Part shown: positions 10,266-19,561 of the stretch, one piece after another
Position numbering within the stretch: position 1 is the stretch's first letter
Layout: each line of letters starts with the position of its first letter
From: Dehalococcoidia bacterium
Lineage (GTDB): Bacteria; Chloroflexota; Dehalococcoidia; UBA2979
Direction of reading: 5' to 3'
DNA: 64,000 bases
Assembly (NCBI GenBank): GCA_965262725.1
Contig: OZ253555.1
Coordinates: 1,088,001-1,152,000 of the forward strand
The notes under the pieces: generated by a model
Database searches by the model: none
What the model was told of the DNA's origin: nothing
What the model saw: only the letters and a program-made list of their open reading frames with translations
Position numbers and translations under genes: made by a program

Positions 10266-10946
10266 CTAGTCGAACTCGGACCGGGATCCGTCCATGCCGC
10301 GGAGATACCGGATCGCCGAGGCATGATCGTCGTCGGAGATCCGTCCTTGGCCGTGCAGGAACGTGAGGAGCACCTCGAGGGTGAGGATCGGGTGAAGTCG
10401 AACACCGATCTGGTGCAGGCGGCGTTCCGCGCCCTGCTCGCGGTCGATCAGCACCACCGCGTCGCGCACGTAGATTCCCGCCTCGCGCAGCTGCAGCACC
10501 GTCTCGACTAGGGATCCGCCCCCGGCCGCGAGGTCGTCCACCACCAGCGCGGTGTGCCCCGGCCGGTAGATGCCCTCGATCTCGACACGCGTTGCCAATG
10601 TGTTCCACTGGGGTCGCGGCCGCACGTAGAGCAGCGGCTGGCCCATCTGCAGGGAGAGCGCCGTCGCGATGTGCAGCCCGCCAATGGGGACGCCGGCAAT
10701 GAGCTGGAATGGCTGTACCGGCCGGGTGCGCATCGACAGCGCCGTGCGCAGCTCATCCTCGATCAGCCTCGCGATCCGCGCGAGTCCGCCCGGGCGCGCG
10801 ATGATCAGCTTGGGGTTGATGAAGACGGGTGAGTTCTGCACCGTGCGCCCGAGCGTATAGTCCCCGAACTGCACGCAACCGAGTCGCCACAGGAGGTCGG
10901 TCAGCCAAAGTCGCTCCCCGCTCCCGCGACCGCTCGGGCCGTTCAC
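10266..10946 (-). CDS. pyrE: orotate phosphoribosyltransferase-like type I PRTase (divergent)
   Basis: VQFGDYTL, IAGVPIGG, PRPP loop VVDDLAAGGGS, VLIDREQG; GTG start overlaps the upstream TGA. Confidence 0.7.
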   Translation of the reverse strand: MNGPSGRGSGERLWLTDLLWRLGCVQFGDYTLGRTVQNSPVFINPKLIIARPGGLARIARLIEDELRTALSMRTRPVQPFQLIAGVPIGGLHIATALSLQMGQPLLYVRPRPQWNTLATRVEIEGIYRPGHTALVVDDLAAGGGSLVETVLQLREAGIYVRDAVVLIDREQGAERRLHQIGVRLHPILTLEVLLTFLHGQGRISDDDHASAIRYLRGMDGSRSEFD

Positions 10947-11935
10947 GCCCCTGCTCCGGTGCTTGCCCGCTCCCAGGCCGCGGGGTTGACCAGGTGCTGT
11001 GGTCGCTCGCCGCGCAGCGCGGAGAGAAGGCCGTCGACGCTGCGCTCGGCCATCCGCGCGCGCGTCTCGCGGGTCGCCGATCCGAGATGCGGGAGCACGA
11101 GCAGGTTGGGCGCCGACAACAGCGGGTGGGCGGGCGGGAGCGGTTCGGGGACCGTCACATCGAGTGCGGCCGCGCCGAGCTGCCCGCTCTCCAGCGCGGC
11201 ACGCAGCGCCTCCTGATCGACGATCCCTCCGCGGGAGGTGTTCACGAAGATCGCTCCCCGCTTCATCGCCGCGAACGCGGACGGATTGAACAGCCCGGCG
11301 GTCTGATCGGTGAGCGGCACGTGCACAGAGACCACATCCGCCGTGCGGAGCAACTCCCCCCAGCGCACGCGGTGGCCGGGAAACCCCTCGACGTCCCGGC
11401 GACCGTGGTAGATCACCGTCATGCCGAAGGCCTGCGCGCGCCGCGCCACCGCGGTGCCGATGCGCCCGGGCCCGACGATGCCCAGCGTCGAGCCGTTGAG
11501 GTCGCGCCCGAGGAGCCAGCCCGGCTCCCACGGCCCCCAGCGCCCCTCCCTGACGGCCGCGCTCCCCTCGGGCAGGCGTCGAACCGCCGCGAGCAGCAGG
11601 CCGAACGCGAGGTCGGCGGTTGCCTCCGTCAGCACTCCCGGCGTGTTCGTGACCAGCACGCCGCGCGCCGTGGCCGCCCCCACGTCGACGTTGTCGAAGC
11701 CGACGGCCATGTTCGCGACAACGCGGAGGTCGGGGCAGCGGTCGAGCAGCGCCTCGTCGACGCGCTCGGTCAACATCGTGAGGATCCCCGAGCAGGGGGC
11801 GGCGCGCTCGGCGAGCTCGTCGTCGGTGGGCGGCCGCGGTTCCCCCCAGACCTCGACCTCGAGGCCGCGCTCGGACCGAAGCCGCGCCAGGGCCGCATTC
11901 GATGGGAGACGGCGCGTCACGAGGACGCGGCGCAT
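10943..11935 (-). CDS. D-glycerate dehydrogenase / glyoxylate reductase (2-hydroxyacid dehydrogenase)
   Basis: AVGFDNVD, NTPGVLTEATAD, GPGRIG, NTSRG, LDVTVPEP, PHLGSAT. Confidence 0.92.
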   Translation of the reverse strand: MRRVLVTRRLPSNAALARLRSERGLEVEVWGEPRPPTDDELAERAAPCSGILTMLTERVDEALLDRCPDLRVVANMAVGFDNVDVGAATARGVLVTNTPGVLTEATADLAFGLLLAAVRRLPEGSAAVREGRWGPWEPGWLLGRDLNGSTLGIVGPGRIGTAVARRAQAFGMTVIYHGRRDVEGFPGHRVRWGELLRTADVVSVHVPLTDQTAGLFNPSAFAAMKRGAIFVNTSRGGIVDQEALRAALESGQLGAAALDVTVPEPLPPAHPLLSAPNLLVLPHLGSATRETRARMAERSVDGLLSALRGERPQHLVNPAAWERASTGAGA

Positions 11936-12107
11936 CCCGCCGTCCGCAGTGCCCGGGGATGATGAGCGGGGCGGCTCCACGGCGGCATTGTATCGCTCGT
12001 GCGCGAGGAGCGAGGCGTATGCCTGCCGAATGGAGGGACCGACCGTCGGCGATCAAGCGGCTCGCGACCGGCCCGTTCGCGACCCGGCTAGGGGATCGCC
12101 GGGGGGC

Positions 12108-12446
12108 TCAGGGCATCTCCATCGCGTAGCCGGCCTCGCGCCAGGCGTCGTGGCCGCCCTCGACGTTGTAGAGCGCGGAGAGACCAAGAGCGGAGGCGAA
12201 CTCGGCCGCCACCGCCGAGCGCTGACCCGATTTGCAGATGAAGAGGATCGGTCGGTCGGTGGCGAGCTCCGCCGCCCGGGGCAGCGTCGACATGTGCGGA
12301 ATGTTCACTGCACCGTGGACGTGGCCCTCGGCATGCTCGTGCGGCTCGCGGGTGTCGACGACTTGAACGCCGCCCTCGTCGACCATGCGCTTCGCTTCGC
12401 GCACGTCGATCCGGATGAAGGGCTCGACCTCGTTCTTGTTCGCCAT
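12108..12446 (-). CDS. single-domain rhodanese (sulfurtransferase)
   Basis: VVDTREPHE..EGHVHGA, active loop ICKSGQRS, NVEGGHDAW. Confidence 0.9.
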   Translation of the reverse strand: MANKNEVEPFIRIDVREAKRMVDEGGVQVVDTREPHEHAEGHVHGAVNIPHMSTLPRAAELATDRPILFICKSGQRSAVAAEFASALGLSALYNVEGGHDAWREAGYAMEMP

Positions 12447-12633
12447 GGCTGCTTCCCGTGCTGCGTTCGACGCGGAGCGAGATGCCGACCATCGCTCGCG
12501 CCAGATGGGGATCCCCAGCCCGCGGAGTGTAGCAAGGCCCGCTCCCCTCCGCCCCGCCACGCACCGCGGGCGCTCTCCCCCGGCGGAGTCGGACTGCCGC
12601 GGCGGCCGTCGGCGGGTCGTGACGACGAGTCGT

Positions 12634-13314
12634 TCAATTGAAGCGCTCACGGGCCTTGAGCCGCGTCGCCGCGACGAGGGACTCCAGTTCGCGGGCCGTC
12701 TCGAGCATCCCGGCGAGAATCGGGCCGGCCTGGCGAAGCCGCTCGCCGACGTCCAGCGCTTCGAGCACCGCTTGGAGGTCGTGGGGTGGGGCGAAATGCG
12801 TGCCTTCCCACGCGAGACGATCGGCGAGCGCACCGTCGTTGGCGGGGAGGAGGGGTTCGCGCTCGTAGCCCCCCACGATGGCAGCGCGCAGCCGGAGGAG
12901 TTGCGAGTAGTCGGCGCGCATCGTCCGCGCCCGCTCCGGGCTGGCGGCGTCGCGCTCCTCGGGATAGTCGACGTCGGCCCGGAGGTAGGAACGGTCCCTG
13001 TGCAGCGTGCGGATCACGAAGCGCCGCTCGCCGACCACGCTCAGCGCGATGTCGCCGTCCGGGTCCGTCCCGTGCTCGACGATGCGCGCGGTCGTGCCGA
13101 CGCTCCGCGGCGTCACGTTCGCGTCGCCGACCGAATGGCCCTCGGCGATGAGCACGACGCCGAAGGGCGCCCCCTCATCGACGCATTCGGCGACCAGCTG
13201 TCGGTAGCGGCTCTCGAACACGCGCAGCGGAAGCGTGGCGCCCGGAAAGAGGACGATCTCGAGCGGAAAGAGCCGGAGCTCGGCCGGAGTCTCGATGCGG
13301 GCCGCGTCGCTCAT
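12634..13314 (-). CDS. LON peptidase substrate-binding domain protein
   Basis: LFPLEIVLFPG..LPLRVFESRYRQL, FGVVLI, VGTTARI, GERRF. Confidence 0.88.
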   Translation of the reverse strand: MSDAARIETPAELRLFPLEIVLFPGATLPLRVFESRYRQLVAECVDEGAPFGVVLIAEGHSVGDANVTPRSVGTTARIVEHGTDPDGDIALSVVGERRFVIRTLHRDRSYLRADVDYPEERDAASPERARTMRADYSQLLRLRAAIVGGYEREPLLPANDGALADRLAWEGTHFAPPHDLQAVLEALDVGERLRQAGPILAGMLETARELESLVAATRLKARERFN

Positions 13315-13718
13315 GGGCCGGCCATCAGCCGGGCGAGGCCGACCCCGACCACGACCGCTCCGGCCGCGAGCGCGATCAGTGCGCCGCGCAGCATCACGCC
13401 GGTGCCCGGCTGATGGGGACTCGATCCGTCGCCGCCGGGCCCGGCAAGTTCGGCGAGCGTGCTCGCGGCCCGCGCACGATCGGCGGCGGGAACGCGGACC
13501 TCGTAGGCGAACATCGAATCGACGGGCCCGCCAGCGGTCGCGAGCGTCGAGGCCGGGATAAGACTTTGCGCGTCGCCGATCTCCACGTCGGCCTCGATTC
13601 CAGCCTCGCGCAGCGACTCGGCCCAGCGCGCCGCGAGCTCTCCGTCCTTGGTAACGGCGATCGGGACCAGTGAGCGACTCTCGTCGCGATTCACGTCCTG
13701 GGGGGTCCAGCGTGGCAT
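13311..13718 (-). CDS. hypothetical membrane-anchored protein (DUF2007-like N-terminal domain, C-terminal TM helix)
   Basis: AARWAESLREAGIEA...YEVRVPAAD pattern and hydrophobic C-terminus; ATGA overlap with the LON-domain gene. Confidence 0.65.
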   Translation of the reverse strand: MPRWTPQDVNRDESRSLVPIAVTKDGELAARWAESLREAGIEADVEIGDAQSLIPASTLATAGGPVDSMFAYEVRVPAADRARAASTLAELAGPGGDGSSPHQPGTGVMLRGALIALAAGAVVVGVGLARLMAGP

Positions 13719-13847
13719 GCGTCGATGATAGCGGTCGCCGGCGACGTCTCCGGCGCGCGGAGTCCCAGCGGGACGATCACCCGCGCCGGGCACGGGTGGC
13801 GAGCTGCGCATCCGGCAAGCCAATCGGGTGTCGTCCGGGTGCCGCGG

Positions 13848-16454
13848 CTAGGCAGGGGTGAGGGCGACCACCCGGAGTGCGCCTGCCGGCTCGCCGTCGA
13901 GCGGCAGCAACGTCATCAGTGCTCCGCCTGCGGCGTACTGCGGAACGTAGACGGTCCCCGGCGCCACGCCCTCGTCCAGCCTCGCGCTGATGTGCAACTC
14001 CCGCCCGTCGAGTGAGAGTGCGATTGACTCGCCGTCCCCGATGCCAGCCGCCCCCGCATCCCGGGGGTGGAGATGGGCCGCCTCCTCGCGGTGGAGGGGA
14101 TCGGCTTCGGGCGATCCAATGGAAGCGGCCTCCCGACTCGTGTAGAGGGAGCGACCGGTCACGAGCGCGAGCCCGCCCTCCGCGTGGACGCTGCCGTCAT
14201 CGTCGAGCGGAATTCGGCGCGGCTGTGGCCAGGTCGGAATAGGGTCGGGGAGCGCGCGGGTCCTGCCCGAGCGCGTGTGTTCGTGCGGCACGTAGCCGGG
14301 CACCTCCGCGGCGGCCTCCGCCATGATCTCGGCGGGGCTCCCCGCACCGAGCCGGGCGCCGAGTGCCTCCGCCAGCACCGCGAGCAGCGAACTGGCAGGG
14401 CGCTCGTCCCCGAGGGACGTCGCGGCGGGACGCTGTCGGACGACACGGCGGTCGGCTGTGGTGATCGTCCCGTCCGTGGCGAGGAAGGGAAGCGCGGCGA
14501 GCACGACGGTCGCGAGCTCGGCGGTCCCCGTGCGCAGGGAGTCGACCACGATGAGCGTCTCGAGACCCTCGAGCGCCGCGCGCACCCGTTCGGCGCCAGC
14601 GACGGCGAGCAGGGGATCCTCCGCGTGGATCAGGAGGGCGCGGATCTCGCCGCGCTCGATCGCCTCGACCATGCCCCGGAGATCATGCCCCCCCTCGCCG
14701 GGCATCATCCCCATGTCGGCGACGCCGAGCACGTTCGCCTCGGTCGGTAGGTAGTGTAGAGCGGAGGCGGCGTCGGCGCCGCGCACGGCGATGGCGAGGT
14801 TCGCGCAGGCACGGGCCTCCCGCCCCGTCTGCCGCGGTGCCCCGAGCACGGAGACGGCCGTCGGCGCGAACAGCACGGAGAACGGTCCCCGGGGCTCGTC
14901 CTCGTCGCTTGCGGCGGCGCGCACGATCTCGACGGCGCGCGTGAGCTGCGCGGTCTCGGACTCCGGGGCGAGCGCGTCGAGTTGAGAGACGGCGGCCTCG
15001 GCGTCGAGCTCGCCGGCGGCGGCCTCGGCGAGGGCGTTGACGGCGGCCGCCTCGCGTCCCGGGAGGGGCCGCACCCACGCCTGCGCGAACGGGACGAGTT
15101 CGCCCCAGCGCGGTGAGACGACCACCAGCGCGGCCTCCCGCTTCACGACGGCATCCTTGACGCGAAGCGCCACCACCTGGTGCGACTCCTCGAGGTCACC
15201 CGCGACGGCGACGATCGTATCGGCGTGCTCGATGTCAGTCAGGCTCGAGGGCAGCCGCTCGTCGCCGAAGGCGGCGGCGAGGGCACCCGCCGCCGCGCGG
15301 TGCACGCCTCCGTGCGCAAAGTCGAGGTGGGGCGTCCCGATGGCTTCCACGCCGAGGCGTACCAGGACCCGCGCCTCCTCGTTGGTTGCGTGGGGCGAGC
15401 CGAGCACGGCAATCGCCCCCGCGCCATGCTCGCGCCGGATGCGCGCGATGGACTCCGCCGCCTCACCCAGCGCCTCCTCGGTGGCGACGGGCAGCAGCCG
15501 ATCACCGCGCCGCGCGAGAGAGCGGGTCAGTCGCTCGCGCTCCGGGACGGCGGTGTACCCGAAGCGCCCGCGCACGCAGATCTGATCGCGCGACACGGGG
15601 TTCACCCGGTCGGGCCGGACGATGACCGGGCGGTCGTTGGCGACGCCGTAGGAGATCGTGCAGCCGACCGAGCATCCGTTGCAGGCGGAGTTGGTCCAGT
15701 CCTCGGCGAGTCCTACCCACTTGTTCGGCTTCTCCATCAGGGTGGCTGTGGGGCAGACATCGATGCAGGCGCCGCAGAAGTCGCAGTCGGACTCGTGCAC
15801 GGGCCCGCCCGTCCCGAAGGCGATCTGCGTCTCGAACCCCTTTCCGGCGAGCGAGATCGCGCCGGTGTGGCGGATGTCGGCGCAGGCACGGACGCAGCGC
15901 GTGCAGATGATGCACATCTGCGGGTCGAATTCGAGGAACGGGTTGCCGCGGTCCGGCTCCGGGGGCGGCGTCTCGTAGTAGGAGCGGGCCTCGCCGACCC
16001 ATGGCTCTTCCCATTCGCCCATGTCGATCATCTCGCACGAGGTCTGGAGCTCGCAGCGGTAGTTCTTGGAGCAGGTCAGGCAGCGGTGTGTCACGACGTC
16101 GTCGCGCAGACAAATGTCGCCGGGCATGCAGTGCACGCGACGGTGGCACGTCAGGCAACGATCCGGGTGATTCGCGAGGATGAGTGACATGACGGACTGC
16201 CGGGCCTCTTTCACCTTCGCCGTCTCCGAGCGCACGACCATCCCGTCCGCAACGACGGCCGTGCAGGAGAGCTGCATCGGCGTCGGGCGCCCCCCCTCGA
16301 TCTCGACGAGGCAGGTGCGGCAGCCCGCATAGGGCTCGAGGCCATCGATGTAGCAGAGATTCGTGATCGCGATCCCCTGCTCCTTGAGCACCTCGAGCAG
16401 GGAGAGCCCGCTCTCCACCTCGATCTGGCGGTCGTTGAGCGTGATCGTCGCCAC
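13848..16454 (-). CDS. nuoG: NuoG-like / formate dehydrogenase alpha-like Fe-S protein (molybdopterin oxidoreductase fold)
   Basis: N-terminal 2Fe-2S cysteines, HxxxCxxCx5C, CIICTRCVRAC, CDFCGACIDVCP, CNGCSVGC...C; no Cys/Sec at the apparent Mo-ligand position; follows nuoI. Confidence 0.75.
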   Translation of the reverse strand: MATITLNDRQIEVESGLSLLEVLKEQGIAITNLCYIDGLEPYAGCRTCLVEIEGGRPTPMQLSCTAVVADGMVVRSETAKVKEARQSVMSLILANHPDRCLTCHRRVHCMPGDICLRDDVVTHRCLTCSKNYRCELQTSCEMIDMGEWEEPWVGEARSYYETPPPEPDRGNPFLEFDPQMCIICTRCVRACADIRHTGAISLAGKGFETQIAFGTGGPVHESDCDFCGACIDVCPTATLMEKPNKWVGLAEDWTNSACNGCSVGCTISYGVANDRPVIVRPDRVNPVSRDQICVRGRFGYTAVPERERLTRSLARRGDRLLPVATEEALGEAAESIARIRREHGAGAIAVLGSPHATNEEARVLVRLGVEAIGTPHLDFAHGGVHRAAAGALAAAFGDERLPSSLTDIEHADTIVAVAGDLEESHQVVALRVKDAVVKREAALVVVSPRWGELVPFAQAWVRPLPGREAAAVNALAEAAAGELDAEAAVSQLDALAPESETAQLTRAVEIVRAAASDEDEPRGPFSVLFAPTAVSVLGAPRQTGREARACANLAIAVRGADAASALHYLPTEANVLGVADMGMMPGEGGHDLRGMVEAIERGEIRALLIHAEDPLLAVAGAERVRAALEGLETLIVVDSLRTGTAELATVVLAALPFLATDGTITTADRRVVRQRPAATSLGDERPASSLLAVLAEALGARLGAGSPAEIMAEAAAEVPGYVPHEHTRSGRTRALPDPIPTWPQPRRIPLDDDGSVHAEGGLALVTGRSLYTSREAASIGSPEADPLHREEAAHLHPRDAGAAGIGDGESIALSLDGRELHISARLDEGVAPGTVYVPQYAAGGALMTLLPLDGEPAGALRVVALTPA

Positions 16455-16467
16455 TGGCCGTCGCCTC

Positions 16468-17043
16468 CTAGTTGCCGGGCGGGTCGCTGTGGCGATCGGG
16501 CTTACCGGGGAGATGCTGGGGGCCGTGTGGTCCGTGGACGCCGGCTGCCGGGACGCGCGACCTGGCGGTGGGGATCGCGGTGCTCAGCGGATCGACGCCC
16601 TGCTGCGTCTGCCCGTTCGGGTAGCGCCCTCCCGTACTCCCGAGGTAGCTCTTCGCCTCGCGGGTCAGCGCCTCCTTGTCCCGGTACATGTTCTCGAAGA
16701 TATAGACGGCGTCGTCGTAGCGCCCACCCGACTGTATCGCCTGGTACGGACAGGCCTCCGTGCAGAGCCCGCAGTACATGCAGATACGGAAATCGATCTC
16801 ATAGCGGTCGACGTGGAGCGAGCCGTCCGCTCGCGGCGTCGTCTGCACCAGGATGCAGCCATCCGGGCACGCCTGCGCGCATGTGGAGCAGCCCGTGCAG
16901 CGCTCTTCGAACCAGAGCAGATTCGTGCGGGCACGCACCGGCACGTCGCGTGTGCTCTCCGGGTAGTCAATCGTGATCGGTGGGCGCCCGAGGTGGCGGA
17001 GCGTCACGAGCATCCCACGCAGCACGCCGAGACCGAACGCCAC
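16468..17043 (-). CDS. nuoI: NADH-quinone oxidoreductase subunit I
   Basis: TIDYPE, CTGCSTCAQACP and CMYCGLCTEACP, YEIDFRIC; SD GAGGAG before the GTG. Confidence 0.88.
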   Translation of the reverse strand: MAFGLGVLRGMLVTLRHLGRPPITIDYPESTRDVPVRARTNLLWFEERCTGCSTCAQACPDGCILVQTTPRADGSLHVDRYEIDFRICMYCGLCTEACPYQAIQSGGRYDDAVYIFENMYRDKEALTREAKSYLGSTGGRYPNGQTQQGVDPLSTAIPTARSRVPAAGVHGPHGPQHLPGKPDRHSDPPGN

Positions 17044-17570
17044 AGCTCCTCGTCTCCTTCATGGGTGCGGCTGGATCGTCCCTTGCTCGTCACCCCCCGC
17101 CGAGGATAGCGGACACGACGCCCTTGGGCATAGCAGCGCGGGCGCGCCTGGGTGCGCCCACTCGGCCATGCGTCGTTCCGGGTGACCTGGCGCTCTCTAC
17201 GGGTTGTCGTGAACGGTTCGGGGTGCGTGAGGAGCAGCCGCGGCACCGTCGGAGGTTGTTCGCGCAACCCGCACTCGTCGAGGGGTTGCCCGGAGGGGGC
17301 TAGGGTGCATGGGAGGGCCCGCTCCTTCGGCCTTGCCGTCCAGCGGCCCTCCCCGAAGGGGCAGAGCAACGCCTCGACGGCGCGGTGGAAGATGCGGCTC
17401 AGCCGCGGCGAGCGGCCGCGCCCTGAGCGCCCCCGCGCACGCGGAACCTCTCCGAACGTCTGCCGGAGCGCTGCCGTTCTGAAGCGTGGTTCGAGCACCC
17501 ACCGCCGCACCGGCGTCGAGCACTCAGGCGCGGGTGTGGCGGTCCGCCCAAATCGAGGCAGACGGCGGAC

Positions 17571-17597
17571 GGGGGGAGAGGCGTGCCGCCTCCCCCC
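17571..17597 (-). terminator. GC-rich hairpin downstream of the solute-binding protein gene
   Basis: GGGGGG(AG)AGGCG-TGC-CGCCTCCCCCC about 50 bp after the stop; no U-tract. Confidence 0.35.
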
Positions 17598-17647
17598 TTA
17601 GCGGTCCGCGCCGGGCTCGCAGCCGAGCCCCGGATCACGCCACGCAA

Positions 17648-19258
17648 CTACGCCGGCACGACCTCGTCGAGGTAGATGCTGCTGTTCCCGCCGACGCGCA
17701 TAGGCGCCCCGAACTTGTTCGTGTAGTAGGCGTTCGCACGCCCCCGGCTGATGAAGTACCCCGCCGGCGGGTCGTCGTGCATGATCTGGGTGACCGGCCA
17801 GTAGGCCTTCTCGCGCTCCTCCGGGTCGAGCGTGGCGCGGGCCGCCTTCAGCGCCGCGTCGAAGTCCTGGTTGCCGTAGTAGCCGCTGGGGTGGTCCGAG
17901 AGGTACCACTGCAGCTGCGTCGAGGGCTCGTGGATCGCCTGCGAGGAGAACGTGCTCCACAGCAGGTGGTCGTGCTCCGCGCGGCCGTAGAGCTGCTCGC
18001 GCCAGAGGTTGGTCTCGACGGGGTTGAGGTCGATGTCGATCCCCACCTCTGCCCACATCCCGGCGCATGCCTCCGCCCATGGCTTCTGCTCGGCGCTCTG
18101 CTCGAAGAGCGTCGTCGCCTTCAGGCCGCTGAGGCCGTTCGCGAAGCCCGCGTCCTTCAGGTACTGCCGGGACTTGTCCGGGTCGAAGCCCCACGGCTTC
18201 AGGTTCGGGTTGTGGCCCGGTGTCGCCATGTGCAGGATCTGACCCTGCATGACCTCGGAGCTGTTCGCCATGATCGTCTCGTTGATCGTGTCGTAGTCGA
18301 TCGCGTGGATGAGGGCGAACCGGACGCGCAGGTCGGACGTCGGCTCCTTGAACGGGCTGATGTCCCAGCTCCAGGAGGTAGTCGGCGGGCTCTGCACGAT
18401 GGTGCTGCTCGGCAGTCCCCCGATGCGCTGCTGCTCGGCGATCGGGATGGCCATCGCGAAATCGAGCTCGCCCGTCTCGTAGGCGGCGAGCCGCGTCGTC
18501 GTCTCGGTGATCTCCTGGAGCGTGACCTCGGTCATGCCGGCCGTCCCGCGCCAGGAGTTGGGGCTCTCGGCGAGCACAGTCGTCTGGTCGCGCACGTAGC
18601 TCTTGATCGCGTAGGAGCCGGTGCCGACCGCGTTGATGGCGGCGTACTCCGGCCCCTTCGAGGCGTCCTCGAAGATGTGCTTCGCGAACTGTTGCTGCAG
18701 CGTCGTGCGCCGCGGCAGCGCCGGGTCGATGTCTGCGGTGATGACTACCACCGTGCGGTCGTCGATGATTTCCGCGGACTCCTCCGTCGATACGCGGGAC
18801 ACGAGGTTCGACTTGTTGTCCGGGTTCTTGATGTACTCCTGGGCGAACTTGATGTCCGCCGCGGTGAATGCGACGCCGTCCGACCACTCGGCCTCGCGCA
18901 GGTGGTAGATCCACCGCTTCGGGTCGTTGGGGTCCAGCTCCCAGCGCTCCGCGAGGCCGGGCTGTAGCCCGGCATTCTCGTCCAGCCTCACCAGCTGGTC
19001 GAAGATCGCCGTGTACATGGGGCCGGTGTTCACCGTCGAGTTCGGGTCGAGGTTCGGCACCGAGCGGGACGAAATGCCGACCGTGAAGCTCCCGGTCGTG
19101 CGGGCCGGTGCCGCCGGTGCCGCCGATGCCGCAACTTCGTCGTCGTCGTCGTCATCGCCGCAACCGATCACGGCCGCCGTGGCGAGACCAACGCCGCCAA
19201 GCGCCGCTCCACGCAGCAGCGACCGCCTCGAGATTCGATCCGCCCAAAGCCGCTCCAT
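17648..19258 (-). CDS. ABC transporter substrate-binding lipoprotein, family 5 (peptide/nickel type), Tat-exported
   Basis: Tat motif SRRSLL, lipobox VIGC, PGLAERWE..LREAEWSDG..FTAAD, VGTGSY; G-rich SD before ATG 19258. Confidence 0.92.
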   Translation of the reverse strand: MERLWADRISRRSLLRGAALGGVGLATAAVIGCGDDDDDDEVAASAAPAAPARTTGSFTVGISSRSVPNLDPNSTVNTGPMYTAIFDQLVRLDENAGLQPGLAERWELDPNDPKRWIYHLREAEWSDGVAFTAADIKFAQEYIKNPDNKSNLVSRVSTEESAEIIDDRTVVVITADIDPALPRRTTLQQQFAKHIFEDASKGPEYAAINAVGTGSYAIKSYVRDQTTVLAESPNSWRGTAGMTEVTLQEITETTTRLAAYETGELDFAMAIPIAEQQRIGGLPSSTIVQSPPTTSWSWDISPFKEPTSDLRVRFALIHAIDYDTINETIMANSSEVMQGQILHMATPGHNPNLKPWGFDPDKSRQYLKDAGFANGLSGLKATTLFEQSAEQKPWAEACAGMWAEVGIDIDLNPVETNLWREQLYGRAEHDHLLWSTFSSQAIHEPSTQLQWYLSDHPSGYYGNQDFDAALKAARATLDPEEREKAYWPVTQIMHDDPPAGYFISRGRANAYYTNKFGAPMRVGGNSSIYLDEVVPA

Positions 19259-19561
19259 TATGTTCCCCCCCCTTGCCGCCCCGTAGTGGCGGAGCATCTC
19301 CCCGACAGATAACCACATGAGGACGTCTGATGTCCATCTCACGTGAGGGATCGAGATCATGCCGGGCGACGAGCGGATGGTCGTTCCACGAGAACGTGGG
19401 GTAGCGGGCAGCGCCCCCGATCAGAGGCTCCTCTAACGCGCCACCAGCGGGGCCCCATCCGGGTGTTCGGGCGCGATCTCCATCGTTCATTGGCGCCTGG
19501 CGCCCGCGGCCCTCGACGTGCCATCCCGATCGCCCCGGCCGCGCGCTACGGGGTGCCCTCG

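Noticed and set aside
10946-12056. 596-aa ORF 10266-12056 as one large protein
   Set aside because: Only the C-terminal ~226 aa are PRTase-like; the rest is an alternate frame of the dehydrogenase gene
13848-16454. Selenocysteine formate dehydrogenase
   Set aside because: No in-frame TGA and no Cys at the apparent Mo-ligand position
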